Below, in pieces: positions 8,677 through 18,808 of a stretch of DNA of 64,000 bases (position 1 is the stretch's first letter; each line of letters begins with the position of its first letter). The stretch spans positions 43,934 to 107,933 of the forward strand of contig CALUQO010000001.1 of NCBI GenBank assembly GCA_944322935.1, read 5' to 3'. This DNA comes from Candidatus Gastranaerophilales bacterium (GTDB lineage Bacteria > Cyanobacteriota > Vampirovibrionia > Gastranaerophilales > Gastranaerophilaceae). The notes beneath the pieces were generated by a model. The model ran no database searches. It saw only the letters and a program-made list of their open reading frames with translations, and was not told where the DNA came from. The position numbers and the translations under genes were made by a program.

Positions 8677-9117
8677 ATGGATATATTTAATGCTTGGCAG
8701 CTCTGGTGTATAGCGGGGGTTGTGTTTTTTATTATAGAAATGTTTACGCCGGTGATGTTCTTTTTTAATCTTGCACTTGCGTGTTTTATAGCTGCAATAT
8801 GTGCTGCTTGCGGGATTTTGCCAATTGTTCAGGTAATAATTTTTGCGGTATTCTCCGTAATATTTTTAATCTGGCTCAGACCCGTGCTTGTAAAATATAA
8901 AAACAAACCCGAAAACGAAACCGTAGATATGTATGTCGGCAAAGCTGCAAAAGTTTTAAAAACAGTTACAAAAGACGGCGGACGTATTTATATTTTTGAT
9001 GAAGAATGGCCGGCTGTATCTCTTAACGAAAATGACGTGTTCAATGAAGGTGAATTCGTTATTATTGAAAAAACAGAAAACATGCTTATGTATGTTAAAG
9101 GAAAGAATGCCGGTTAA
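8677..9117 (+). CDS. NfeD family membrane protein
   Basis: Two to three N-terminal TM helices plus a C-terminal OB-like segment (VGKAAKVLKTV...GRIYIFDEEWPAVS...FVIIEK). It sits immediately upstream of SPFH genes, which is the classic NfeD-SPFH pairing. Confidence 0.85.
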   Translation: MDIFNAWQLWCIAGVVFFIIEMFTPVMFFFNLALACFIAAICAACGILPIVQVIIFAVFSVIFLIWLRPVLVKYKNKPENETVDMYVGKAAKVLKTVTKDGGRIYIFDEEWPAVSLNENDVFNEGEFVIIEKTENMLMYVKGKNAG

Positions 9118-9638
9118 TGTGTATAGTTTTTGTCGAAAAAAATGAAGAAATAATTGTGGAAAAATTCGGAAAATTCCACAGGAAACTAACCGAAGGTGTT
9201 CATTTTTTGCTGCCTTTTGTGGAAAAAGTCAGAGGACTGCAGGATCCTGCAAATCCTAAAAAATTTATTAATAACGGCAAAATTAAAACACCCGAAGAGA
9301 TTTTTTATTTTCCGAAAGACGACAGGATTTTCTTTGCAAAAGATAAGTCCCAATTGCAGATGAGGGCTGAAATTACATATAGGATTGAAGATTCATATAA
9401 AGCCGTATATGAGGTGGATTATTTGTTTGATGCAATTAATCAGCTTTGTGCCGGTATTATACAAAGCAGGCTTTTAGATGCACCGGACGGGGTTGAGCAG
9501 ATAGAATATCTTCACAAACTTACCCAAAATGTGATAGAAACTGCAAATGAATATTCTCAAAAATGGGGGGTAAAAATTTTAAAATTTGAACTCAAACAAA
9601 TTACTGACACTAACGGAGTAAGACAAAATTTTGGATAA
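9117..9638 (+). CDS. short SPFH/band-7 domain protein lacking a TM anchor
   Basis: IVEKFGKFHRKLTEGVHFLLPFVEKV matches the SPFH N-terminal core. The start overlaps the nfeD stop (TAATG). Confidence 0.7.
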   Translation: MCIVFVEKNEEIIVEKFGKFHRKLTEGVHFLLPFVEKVRGLQDPANPKKFINNGKIKTPEEIFYFPKDDRIFFAKDKSQLQMRAEITYRIEDSYKAVYEVDYLFDAINQLCAGIIQSRLLDAPDGVEQIEYLHKLTQNVIETANEYSQKWGVKILKFELKQITDTNGVRQNFG

Positions 9639-9672
9639 GTAATAAGTATAAGTAAAAAGAAAAGGAGAGAAA

Positions 9673-10686
9673 ATGGGAATTTTACTAATTGTATTACTGG
9701 TATTGATAGTATGCTATTTCCTTGCGGGTATCAAAATTATTCAACAGGAAGAAGCAATGATTATTGAAAGACTCGGGGCTTTTGAAAAAGTTCTTTATGC
9801 GGGATTTCATTTGATTATACCGTTTTTTGAATATCCCCGTAAGATTCAATGGAAAGATACACAAAAAACTCCGGACGGAAGAACATACTCTTTCTATTCG
9901 GAAAAAACTGTTATTGACCTTCGTGAATCCGTAATGGACATCCCAAGACAAAACGTAATCACAAAAGATAACGTGTCAATTTCAATTAACGCTTTGATTT
10001 ACTTCCAGATTATGGATGCAAAAAGCGTTGTTTACCGCATTCAAAACCTGCCCGAAGCAATCGAAAAACTTACTCTCACAACAATGAGAAACGTAATCGG
10101 TGATATGGTGCTTGATGAGACACTTTCTTCCCGTGATACAATCAACGCCAAATTGAGAGAAACGCTTGATGAAGCCTCCAATAAATGGGGCGTAAAAGTT
10201 AACAGAATCGAGCTGCAGGAAATTACTCCGCCTGCTGATGTTCAAGCTTCAATGGAAAAACAGGTTAAAGCAGAAAGAGAAAAACGTGCTGCTATCTATG
10301 AAGCAGAAGGTTTGAAACAGGCTGCAATCTTAAAAGCAGAAGGTGAAAAAACCGCTGCAATCAACAAAGCGGAAGGTCAAAAACAATCAGCAATTCTTGA
10401 AGCCGAAGGTGAAAAAGAAGCTGCAAGACTTATTGCGGAAGGTCAGGCTGCAGCAAGAGTAAAACAGGCAGAAGCTGAAGCTACCGCAATCGGCAAAACA
10501 ATCGAAGCTATACAAGACCACGGTCAGCCGGATAAATACCTTATTGCAGTAAGATATCTGGATACTTTAAAAGAAATGGTGGAAGGCGAAAACAACAAAG
10601 TTGTTTATATGCCTTATGAAGCAACAGGTATATTAAGCTCTGTTGACGGTATTAAACAAATGCTTGACGGTGCTAAAGTTCAATAA
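9673..10686 (+). CDS. SPFH/stomatin-like protein (QmcA/HflK-C superfamily)
   Basis: N-terminal TM, SPFH core (IIERLGAFEKVLYAGFHLIIPFF, ITKDNV, NRIELQEI) and a C-terminal AEG-rich coiled-coil repeat. A GGAGAG RBS is present. Confidence 0.9.
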   Translation: MGILLIVLLVLIVCYFLAGIKIIQQEEAMIIERLGAFEKVLYAGFHLIIPFFEYPRKIQWKDTQKTPDGRTYSFYSEKTVIDLRESVMDIPRQNVITKDNVSISINALIYFQIMDAKSVVYRIQNLPEAIEKLTLTTMRNVIGDMVLDETLSSRDTINAKLRETLDEASNKWGVKVNRIELQEITPPADVQASMEKQVKAEREKRAAIYEAEGLKQAAILKAEGEKTAAINKAEGQKQSAILEAEGEKEAARLIAEGQAAARVKQAEAEATAIGKTIEAIQDHGQPDKYLIAVRYLDTLKEMVEGENNKVVYMPYEATGILSSVDGIKQMLDGAKVQ

Positions 10687-10708
10687 ATAAAATAAAAAAA
10701 CAACTGAA

Positions 10709-10746
10709 AAGCCTGCTTAAAAATTAATTTTAAGCAGGCTTTTTGT
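10709..10746 (+). terminator. rho-independent terminator after the SPFH operon
   Basis: GCCTGCTTAAAA / TTTTAAGCAGGC perfect stem followed by a T-run. Confidence 0.85.
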
Positions 10747-10825
10747 TAACAAAATTTACAAAAAGTCAATTTTTTTGTTGTAAATGTTTTTATAAAAATA
10801 TATAGGGATAACGGGGAGATTATTA

Positions 10826-11644
10826 ATGTTTAATTCTGTATCTTATTCAAAGGAAGCACAAAACTATTATGAATCAACGTATGCTTCTACACCAATTAAC
10901 AGCGATAATAAAGTTGCACGCTCTATAAAAAAAGGCGACAATTTATGGAATATTGCGAAGGAGCATCTTAAAAAAGAAGATGCATCAAACGCCGAAATTT
11001 TGGATATGATGTATAAAATAGCCAAACTTAACAACAAAAGCTCTATTGAAGCTGCTAACAATCTTGATGTTAATGAAATAATTTATCTGCCAGGGAAAAA
11101 TAAGCCGTCAAGCTCTAATAACCCTGTCGAAAATGCGTTTGATGTTTCGCAAAAAATTAATGATATCATTGTTCCTAAGGGCGATGCAACATATAACCAG
11201 AAAGCGCTATATCGTTTGCAGAATATAAAAAATATTCCGCAGGATTTGTATAAAGAACATGCGCAGGCTGGGGTCGGCTATTGGGACAAAACTCTGAGCG
11301 ACAAAAATAACAAATTTGTAATATCAAAATCAACTTCGTATTCTCCAGTTATTTATACAGGATTGTCTGTTATAAAGAAAGAAAATAACAATCCGTACGG
11401 CAAAACCGAAGGGCAAATGTATATAGAAGTTGATAAACAAGGACAGGTAAAAGATATTTGCTTTGAAGTACCGGGAGTAAATATTTCAGATACGAGTTTT
11501 GATTATCAACTTGACAGGGACGGTAACTTATACAAGCATACAGGATTTTTTGACAGGTATGAAAAAATAGGTCAGCTTCCGGCAGAGCAGTATCAAAACT
11601 TAATTAATCAAGCGCAGGAATATTTTGACAATAATGTCAAATAA
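10826..11644 (+). CDS. LysM-domain protein, no signal peptide
   Basis: IKKGDNLWNIAKEHL...IYLPG is LysM-like. The rest is unassigned. A GGGGAG RBS is present. Confidence 0.65.
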   Translation: MFNSVSYSKEAQNYYESTYASTPINSDNKVARSIKKGDNLWNIAKEHLKKEDASNAEILDMMYKIAKLNNKSSIEAANNLDVNEIIYLPGKNKPSSSNNPVENAFDVSQKINDIIVPKGDATYNQKALYRLQNIKNIPQDLYKEHAQAGVGYWDKTLSDKNNKFVISKSTSYSPVIYTGLSVIKKENNNPYGKTEGQMYIEVDKQGQVKDICFEVPGVNISDTSFDYQLDRDGNLYKHTGFFDRYEKIGQLPAEQYQNLINQAQEYFDNNVK

Positions 11645-11703
11645 TTCGTTGCGTAAACAAAGTAAGCTGATTATCTTACTAAAACAGATAAATACTTCAA
11701 AAT

Positions 11704-12354
11704 CTATTTGTATGCCAAAATAATTGTTGTAAGCTCATCAATGCTGTCAACAATTATTTTGGCATCATGTTCTTTAAGAAAAATTTTATCTTTGTACCCC
11801 CAGCTTACGCTTATACAAGGGATACCTGCATTTTTTGCCGTTTGTACATCAACCTCAGAATCACCGACATACAAACAGCTGTTTGTACAATCAAGTTTTT
11901 GTACAATATTTAACACACCGTCCGGGCAGGGTTTTTTTCTTATACCGGTGCACTCCCCGTTAGCAATTTTTATTAAATCTCCAAAATAACGGATACACAA
12001 TTCTTTTACAGCAGAATCAAATTTGTTGGACACAACAGCACAGGTTATACCGTTTTGGTTTAACGTTTTAAGCATTTCAACAATTCCATCATATGGGCGT
12101 GTTTTTTCATACATTGTTTTTGAATAATGTTCTTTAAATATTTTCAGACAAGCCTCAAAATTAGCGTTAGCCTCTCCTTCCGGTATTGCCCGTTCAATGA
12201 GTTTGCGCACACCGTCTCCGACAAAATTTCTTATGTCATTAATATCATATTGTTTGTATCCGAAATATGATAAAGCGTAATTTGTGCTTTCCGTAAGATT
12301 TTCCAGTGTGTAAAGAAGGGTGCCGTCTAAATCAAAGATTACAGCTTTTATCAT
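11704..12354 (-). CDS. HAD-superfamily phosphatase (phosphoglycolate phosphatase-like)
   Basis: MIKAVIFDLDGTL (motif I), VVSNK (motif II), VGDSEVDVQTAKNAG (motif III/IV). Start moved to the ATG at 12354, which forms an ATGA overlap with the upstream stop. The track ORF extends 29 codons further upstream without support. Confidence 0.85.
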   Translation of the reverse strand: MIKAVIFDLDGTLLYTLENLTESTNYALSYFGYKQYDINDIRNFVGDGVRKLIERAIPEGEANANFEACLKIFKEHYSKTMYEKTRPYDGIVEMLKTLNQNGITCAVVSNKFDSAVKELCIRYFGDLIKIANGECTGIRKKPCPDGVLNIVQKLDCTNSCLYVGDSEVDVQTAKNAGIPCISVSWGYKDKIFLKEHDAKIIVDSIDELTTIILAYK

Positions 12355-13211
12355 TCCTGCCCCTTTTCTTTGAGTTTTCTGTATGCCTGAGAGTTTATCT
12401 CGCCTCCGACAAGCATCATCAAAGATGAATAATACAGCCATACCATAAGCATTACAAATGCACCGATTGAACCGTAAACCCTGTTATATGTATGCAGGTT
12501 GTTAATGTAAACTGAAAAACACCATGAGCCGAACAACCAGCAAAAGCAGAAAAACAAAGTCCCAGGCAGTGCTGCCTTGCTTTTTAGTTTATCAGATCCT
12601 TCCCATGCGGGCAGAAGAAAATAGTTTAAATATGCGGTTAAATATAATGCCATAAAAGCAAAAAACCACCGGCCAATCATAAACACCGCAATAAAAAGTG
12701 TAGACAGGTTAACAAAATTAAGTACAAACTGCAAAATCACTTTGCCGAATATAACCATGTTTATGATAATAAACAGAAAAAATATGTTAACAAATACCAT
12801 CAATACGGATATTGTCCTTGTTACGACAAGATTTCTGTGTTCCTCTATTCCAAGAGCTCGATTCATACCCTTGATTATACAAAATATAGCGTTTGATGAT
12901 AAAAACACTGTTATTATAAAACCGAAAACAGCAACTATCCCCCCGTGCTGAAAAATAAGGACTTCATTTAATACTTCTTTTATCAGGTTAACCGAATCTG
13001 TCGGGGCAACGGAATCTAAAAAATGGATAATCGGCATAAATTGCGAGCGTTTGCCAAGCAGCGTAAAAAAGGACATCATAAACAGCATAAACGGAAATAT
13101 TCCGATAGCAAACCAAAAACCCATTTCTGCCGCCATACCCATAAAATCATCAATGATAATACGGTTTATCAGATTTTTTAAATAGTTAAATGTCTTTTGT
13201 AAGAAGTCCAT
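12351..13211 (-). CDS. YihY/BrkB family membrane protein
   Basis: About 6 TM helices, conserved ...YNRVYGSIGAFVMLMVWLYYSSLMMLVGGEINS C-terminal signature. Confidence 0.8.
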   Translation of the reverse strand: MDFLQKTFNYLKNLINRIIIDDFMGMAAEMGFWFAIGIFPFMLFMMSFFTLLGKRSQFMPIIHFLDSVAPTDSVNLIKEVLNEVLIFQHGGIVAVFGFIITVFLSSNAIFCIIKGMNRALGIEEHRNLVVTRTISVLMVFVNIFFLFIIINMVIFGKVILQFVLNFVNLSTLFIAVFMIGRWFFAFMALYLTAYLNYFLLPAWEGSDKLKSKAALPGTLFFCFCWLFGSWCFSVYINNLHTYNRVYGSIGAFVMLMVWLYYSSLMMLVGGEINSQAYRKLKEKGQE

Positions 13212-13216
13212 TTACG

Positions 13217-14188
13217 TTATCCCAAAACTTTTCTGATTTCTTCAACAAGTTTGTTTTTCGCTATATTTAGAGGTTTGCGTATTGTGCATCCAGCAGCAAA
13301 AGTGTGACCGCCGCCGCCAAATACCTGAGCAACAACGCTTACATCTGCAGTTTTACTTCTCAGGCTTACCTTAGACGTATTTTCATCCACCTCTTTAATA
13401 ACATAAGATACTTCTGTTGTATTTATACGGCGTAATTCCTCTACTAAGCCTTCCGTGTAATCGTTTGTTGCATGGAATTTTTCCATATCTTTGTTTGTAA
13501 TACAAATTCCTGCAATTTTGTTATTGTCGCTAAATTCCGCGTTAATCATGCAATTTGCGTGAAGCAGTACCATATTTCTCGGCTTTGATTCATAGCAATA
13601 TCGTGAAATTGTAGCGGGTTCTGCGCCAAGCTGTATTAACTCAGCTGCTTTTTGAAGTGTCTGTGCTGTAGTATTTTCGTACCTGAATCCGCCGGTATCC
13701 GTTAATATTGCAGCGAATAATGCCCACGCTGTATTTTTATCCGTTTTCAACGCAAGTGCTTTAAAAATATCAAACAGAACTTCGCCGCAGCTGCAAGCGT
13801 CTCCGCGTACAAAGTTTATTGTGCCGAAATTTGTATTTGTTTTGTGGTGGTCAATATTCATCCGTATATTTGTTTTTTCAAATAACGGAAGAGAATCTCC
13901 CATCCTGTCTTTTGCCGCAATATCGACAGATATAGCCAAATCATACTGTATTGTGCTCACCTCTGCGGACTTTTTGGCGCGTTCAATAAAAGGGATAAAT
14001 TTATAAATCTCAGGAATAATGCCGTTGTATACCATATCAACATCATCTTGAGAAAACCCGAAATTGTTTAAAATAATCCCATATAATGCACTCATCGAAC
14101 CCAGTGTATCTCCGTCGGGATTTACATGGGAAATAATCAATATCTTTTTGGCATTTTGTATGGTTGTTTTAAATAATTCATAATCCAT
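13217..14188 (-). CDS. nrnA: DHH/DHHA1 phosphoesterase (NrnA-like oligoribonuclease / pAp phosphatase)
   Basis: HVNPDGDTLGS, DHHKTN and GGGH motifs. Start placed at the ATG (MDYELF...) rather than the upstream TTG used by the track. Confidence 0.85.
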   Translation of the reverse strand: MDYELFKTTIQNAKKILIISHVNPDGDTLGSMSALYGIILNNFGFSQDDVDMVYNGIIPEIYKFIPFIERAKKSAEVSTIQYDLAISVDIAAKDRMGDSLPLFEKTNIRMNIDHHKTNTNFGTINFVRGDACSCGEVLFDIFKALALKTDKNTAWALFAAILTDTGGFRYENTTAQTLQKAAELIQLGAEPATISRYCYESKPRNMVLLHANCMINAEFSDNNKIAGICITNKDMEKFHATNDYTEGLVEELRRINTTEVSYVIKEVDENTSKVSLRSKTADVSVVAQVFGGGGHTFAAGCTIRKPLNIAKNKLVEEIRKVLG

Positions 14189-14466
14189 AGAAGTATTATA
14201 ATATAAAATTTGCAAGTTGTCTGATAAATTTGACCGTTGTTGTTACAACAGTCTGAAGGAGCCCTTCTTTTTTTTGTATACAAATCACGCAGAACCTGTT
14301 TTTCTTAATAGCATAATAAGAAAACGACCTATAGCAGAGTGAAAATTCGCCTAATTCCTTGTAAGCATTACGTAAAAAGTTCGCACTTTATCTCGAACTA
14401 TTGCGGACAAGATTAAGAAAAGCTTAAATTTTTACGTATAAGTTTCGGACTTGATATAATAAAGGT

Positions 14467-15474
14467 ATGGAAAAAATAGAAGTTAATTTTAAAAAAATTG
14501 TAGAAAAACTTGATTCTCCTGTTCTTGCTGTTGATGATGACAACAAAATAGTCTATGCAAACACCGGATTTTGCTCTTTGTTCAATACAAACTGCGAATT
14601 GATAACGGGCAAAAATCTGTATGACTTTTTGCCTGAGGACAAAGATACTGTTGTGATTAAAAATTATACGTATAAGATAACAAAATACGATGATGAGTAT
14701 TATTCTTACTATTATTTGAGTGTTGCGGACAGTCAAATGGAAAAGATATACTCGGATTTTATTTCAACGGTAAGCCATGAATTAAGAACACCGCTTACGA
14801 GTATAAGAGGCTTTGCCGATACAATGCTAATGTCTTATGACAAGCTTGATAAAGCACAGATACAAAAGTTTTTGACGATAATAAAGGAGCAGTCTAACAG
14901 GCTTATAAAACTGGTGGAAAATCTTTTATCCGTTTCAAAAATTCAGGTTCAACACAGCAATCTTGTGTTCAAATCAGTTAACGCAAAATCAGTGATAGAA
15001 CAGGTTGCGTATATATTAAAAAATCAGTATCCGACGCATCCGTTTGAAATTCAGTGCGCTTCTTATGTGCCGAATATCCTCGTTGATGAAAGCAAATTCC
15101 AGCAGATAATGATTAACCTGATGGATAATGCTGCAAAGTATTCTTATGAAAAAGGTGCGGTAATCGTAGAAATTGCTGATTCGCAAAAAGAAAATTTCGT
15201 CAGCATAAAGGTAAAAGATCACGGAGTAGGTATTGAGCCTGAAAATATGGGGCGCATTTTTGAAAAATTTACAAGGATAGAAAACCATCTGACTAGAAAA
15301 ACGCAGGGCAGCGGTCTGGGGCTTTATATAGTAAAAGATTTGATTGAAAAAATGGGTGGACAAATATTTGTTGAAAGTTCAACAGAACTGCCAAAAAGCG
15401 GCTCTGTATTTGAAATTCTGCTGCCTGTTGCGTCATACACAAACCAGAGTAAGAAAAGATTGGAGGACAGATAA
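14467..15474 (+). CDS. cytoplasmic PAS sensor histidine kinase
   Basis: Canonical H-box SHELRTPLTSIRGF, N-box MDNAAKYS, G1 DHGVGI, G2 GSGLGL. No TM helices. Confidence 0.9.
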   Translation: MEKIEVNFKKIVEKLDSPVLAVDDDNKIVYANTGFCSLFNTNCELITGKNLYDFLPEDKDTVVIKNYTYKITKYDDEYYSYYYLSVADSQMEKIYSDFISTVSHELRTPLTSIRGFADTMLMSYDKLDKAQIQKFLTIIKEQSNRLIKLVENLLSVSKIQVQHSNLVFKSVNAKSVIEQVAYILKNQYPTHPFEIQCASYVPNILVDESKFQQIMINLMDNAAKYSYEKGAVIVEIADSQKENFVSIKVKDHGVGIEPENMGRIFEKFTRIENHLTRKTQGSGLGLYIVKDLIEKMGGQIFVESSTELPKSGSVFEILLPVASYTNQSKKRLEDR

Positions 15475-16796
15475 TGTTATCCAAACTCGTTTTGATTATT
15501 GATAAAAGAAAAGAATTACCGGCAAAATACAAAAAACTCGTTGAAAATAACGGTGTAAGTGCTGTTTTAACTGAAAATTTTGAAGAAGGACTTGAAATTT
15601 TAACAAGCTATGAACCGGATATGATACTTGTGTCAGACAGTCTGGAAACTCCGCTTGCAGACAATGTAAAAAAACTAAGAATGTTAGGTTATCCTGCAAG
15701 ACCTTGTATTATAGCAGTTTCTAAATCGGATGACCTGAAAGATAAACTCTCTGTTTTAGATGCAGGTGCCGACGATTTTTTTAGTGAACCTATTGAATCC
15801 GAAGAATTTAAAGCAAGAATAAACGCCCATTTAAGACGACATTTTGAAAGCATGCTGGATGATGTTACACGTCTGCCTGATACCAAATTTTCTTTAAAAA
15901 CGTTAAAAAGAACCATTATCGAAAATGAAAAATGGGCAGGCATGCTTGTTCGAATAAATGAGTTTGAAGCTTACAAAGAAATATACGGAGAACTTGCGGC
16001 AGATAAAATGCTGCAGACTTATACGGCTATAATCAGTTCTGCGCTTGACGAACAAGATTTCTTCGGAGAACTTTCTCAGGGTGAGTTTTTAATTTTAACT
16101 AACCCGCTTAAAGCGGAACATATTGCATCTTTTCTTGTGTATGCATTTGAAGCTATAGTAAAAAAGTTTTACAGCGAAGAAGATGCAAAATGCGGGTATA
16201 TAACTCTTTACGGTGATGATAACGCAGGAAAACGCGTGAATCTTGTTTCCACAAGTATTGGTATTATCTCAAGCGAATATCAGACATACATTAGTGTAAA
16301 TTCCGCATTAAATGCTCTTTATGCTACCTGCAAACTTGCTCAGTATTCAACATCCGGAACCGACTCTTCATACCTTGTTGAAAGAACAAAACTTAGTGCA
16401 GATAATGCCGTTCTGCACAAGGAATATAACAATAAAGTACTCGTTGTAGAACCTGATGAAGCATTGAACTACCTTTTAAAAACCACTGCTCAAATGCAAG
16501 GATACGAAGTAGCATCGGCGCAGGATTATACTATTGCACAAAATCTTATTAAAACTTTTGATCCCGCTCTTATTGTGCTTGATGCGGGTGATGCTGATAC
16601 GCTTAAAGGGCTTGAGCTTTGCAAAAAACTTAAAAAGGATAAAAAGTTTAAAGACAAAAAAATAATACTCTCAACAATAATTCATGATAAGAAAATGGCG
16701 CTTAATGCCGGAGCAGATTTGTATTTGCCAAAGCCATACGAGCTTTTGGGAATATTCAACTGGATTGAGCAGATGATAAAAGAGTTTAACTATTGA
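15474..16796 (+). CDS. response regulator, REC - degenerate GGDEF-like - REC architecture
   Basis: The start overlaps the kinase stop (TAATG). REC1 lacks the conserved Lys (FFSEP) and has DK instead of DD. The central domain reads ELSQGEFLIL where RxGGDEF is expected. REC2 has LIVLDAG, ILST and LPKPY. Confidence 0.75.
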   Translation: MLSKLVLIIDKRKELPAKYKKLVENNGVSAVLTENFEEGLEILTSYEPDMILVSDSLETPLADNVKKLRMLGYPARPCIIAVSKSDDLKDKLSVLDAGADDFFSEPIESEEFKARINAHLRRHFESMLDDVTRLPDTKFSLKTLKRTIIENEKWAGMLVRINEFEAYKEIYGELAADKMLQTYTAIISSALDEQDFFGELSQGEFLILTNPLKAEHIASFLVYAFEAIVKKFYSEEDAKCGYITLYGDDNAGKRVNLVSTSIGIISSEYQTYISVNSALNALYATCKLAQYSTSGTDSSYLVERTKLSADNAVLHKEYNNKVLVVEPDEALNYLLKTTAQMQGYEVASAQDYTIAQNLIKTFDPALIVLDAGDADTLKGLELCKKLKKDKKFKDKKIILSTIIHDKKMALNAGADLYLPKPYELLGIFNWIEQMIKEFNY

Positions 16797-17527
16797 TGAG
16801 CTGCCGTAATTGCTTTTTTAAACTCTTCCACATCCTCTTTGGTATCAATGCCGATTGGTTTTATATTCACTATTGAAGTAATTATCCTCATGCCGGATTG
16901 CAAAGCACGCAGCTGCTCTAAGCTTTCGGCTTTTTCCAGCATTGTTTGATTTAGAGAAGTCATTTTAAACAAAGCCTCTCTTTTATAACCGTAAAGTCCT
17001 ATGTGACCGTAGAAAACAGCTTCGCCAATATTTCTTTCGTAAGGAATTTTTGAACGTGAAAAATAAAGAGCAAAGTTGTTGTTGTCAATAACACATTTCA
17101 CAAGATTCGGATTTTCAACTTCATCTTTATCTGTTATAACTCTTAAAAGTGTTGCGATATCAGCATCTTTACCGGATTTTAGCGCGGTTATAACCCCATC
17201 TATGGCTTCGGGGGTAATCATAGGTTCATCGCCCTGAAGATTAACAATGTATTCAAAGTCTTCATGGCGTGAGGCTACTTCTGCAATTCTGTCGGAACCG
17301 CATTTGTGGTCTGCTCTTGTCATTTCTGCGTTGCCGCCAAAGGATTTTACAGAATTGTAAATTTTTTCATGGTCTGTTGCAACAATCACAGTGTCTGCCT
17401 GTTTTACGGCTGATGCCTTCTCGTAAACCCATTGGATAATAGGCTTTCCGTCAACTTCGATTAACGGTTTTGCGTGGAGTCTTGTTGATGCATATCTTGA
17501 AGGTATGATGATTGCTGTTTTTGTCAT
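16790..17527 (-). CDS. kdsB: 3-deoxy-manno-octulosonate cytidylyltransferase (CMP-KDO synthetase)
   Basis: IIPSRYASTRLHAKPL, NLQGDEP and HIGLYGY motifs. Length is 245 aa. Confidence 0.93.
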   Translation of the reverse strand: MTKTAIIIPSRYASTRLHAKPLIEVDGKPIIQWVYEKASAVKQADTVIVATDHEKIYNSVKSFGGNAEMTRADHKCGSDRIAEVASRHEDFEYIVNLQGDEPMITPEAIDGVITALKSGKDADIATLLRVITDKDEVENPNLVKCVIDNNNFALYFSRSKIPYERNIGEAVFYGHIGLYGYKREALFKMTSLNQTMLEKAESLEQLRALQSGMRIITSIVNIKPIGIDTKEDVEEFKKAITAAHQ

Positions 17528-17599
17528 TATTTTTACTCTTTCGTATTTTCTTTTTAATTCTGATATAATTATATTACAAAACAGAGGGAGCGGTTAACG

Positions 17600-18682
17600 T
17601 TGGCAATTTTTTCGGATAACGATAATATTCAAAAAACATTAAAAATTGAACGTGATAAAAAAAACGAAAACCTTGAGTCTAAAGAAATAGGCTATGATAG
17701 GGCTTTTGAAAATAACATACGTCCGCAGACTCTTGAAGAGTACATAGGACAAACCGCACTGAAAAGTACTTTAAAAATTTCGATTGAGGCTGCTCAAAAA
17801 AGAAATAAACAAATAGACCACATGCTGTTTTACGGCCCCCCGGGACTTGGTAAAACAACGCTTGCTTCTGTTATAGCTAACGAGTTAAAAACCAAAATTA
17901 AAATCACTTCTGCCCCTGCTCTGGAGCGTCCGAGAGATATTATCGGTATACTGATGTCTTTAAAAAACGGCGAAATTCTTTTTATAGATGAAATTCACCG
18001 CTTAAACAAGGTTACGGAAGAAATCTTGTATCCGGCTATGGAAGATTTTTTTCTTGATATGACAACAGGCAAGGCGCAAACCGTAAAAACTCTGAGAGTT
18101 CCTCTGCCGAAATTTACGCTTATCGGTGCCACAACAAAAGCCGGAGCATTGTCGGGTCCTCTTCGTGACAGGTTCGGGATAATACACAGGCTGCAGTTTT
18201 ATACAATTGATGAGCTTGCGCAGGTAATATCAAGAACAGCAAAAATTTTAGAAATTGATATAGATGAAGAAGGTGCAAAAACTATCGCAAGCCGCTCAAG
18301 AGGCACTCCGAGAATTGCAAACAGGCTGGTGAAAAGGGTTGCGGATTATGCTCTTGTAAAAGCTGACGCCAAAATTACAAAACCCGTTGCGATAGAAGCG
18401 CTTAACAATCTGCACATTGATGAAAGCGGTCTGGATTCAACCGACAGAGAGATGATGAAGCTTATTATCGAAAAATACGACGGCGGCCCCGTCGGGCTGG
18501 AAACTATTGCCGCTGCACTTGGTGAGGATTCAAGAACAATCGAAGATGTTTATGAACCGTACCTTTTGCAGGAAGGTTTTATACAAAGAACCCCCAGAGG
18601 CAGAAGAGTTTCTCCGGAAGGTTACAGAATGCTTGGATACAAATTACCCTCAAACCCTTCGGGACAACAGAGTTTGTTTTGA
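17600..18682 (+). CDS. ruvB: Holliday junction branch-migration helicase RuvB
   Basis: [11 protein letters not shown], Walker [10 protein letters not shown], Walker [14 protein letters not shown], sensor [10 protein letters not shown] and a C-terminal winged helix. TTG start 9 nt after GGGAG. Confidence 0.95.
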   Translation: MAIFSDNDNIQKTLKIERDKKNENLESKEIGYDRAFENNIRPQTLEEYIGQTALKSTLKISIEAAQKRNKQIDHMLFYGPPGLGKTTLASVIANELKTKIKITSAPALERPRDIIGILMSLKNGEILFIDEIHRLNKVTEEILYPAMEDFFLDMTTGKAQTVKTLRVPLPKFTLIGATTKAGALSGPLRDRFGIIHRLQFYTIDELAQVISRTAKILEIDIDEEGAKTIASRSRGTPRIANRLVKRVADYALVKADAKITKPVAIEALNNLHIDESGLDSTDREMMKLIIEKYDGGPVGLETIAAALGEDSRTIEDVYEPYLLQEGFIQRTPRGRRVSPEGYRMLGYKLPSNPSGQQSLF

Positions 18683-18808
18683 ATTTTTTTGGTTTGACGT
18701 ATATTTTTTGAAATTATCTTTGTAACAAAATTTAAACAAATATAAAAATTTGTTTCCATTCTTTACTACAAAAGTGGTAATATTTAATAAAAAAAGGGAA
18801 AAAGATTT

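Noticed and set aside
11704-12441. 29-codon N-terminal extension of the HAD phosphatase
   Set aside because: The extension overlaps the upstream gene by 91 nt. The internal ATG gives the canonical MIKAVIFDLDGTL start and an ATGA stop-start overlap.
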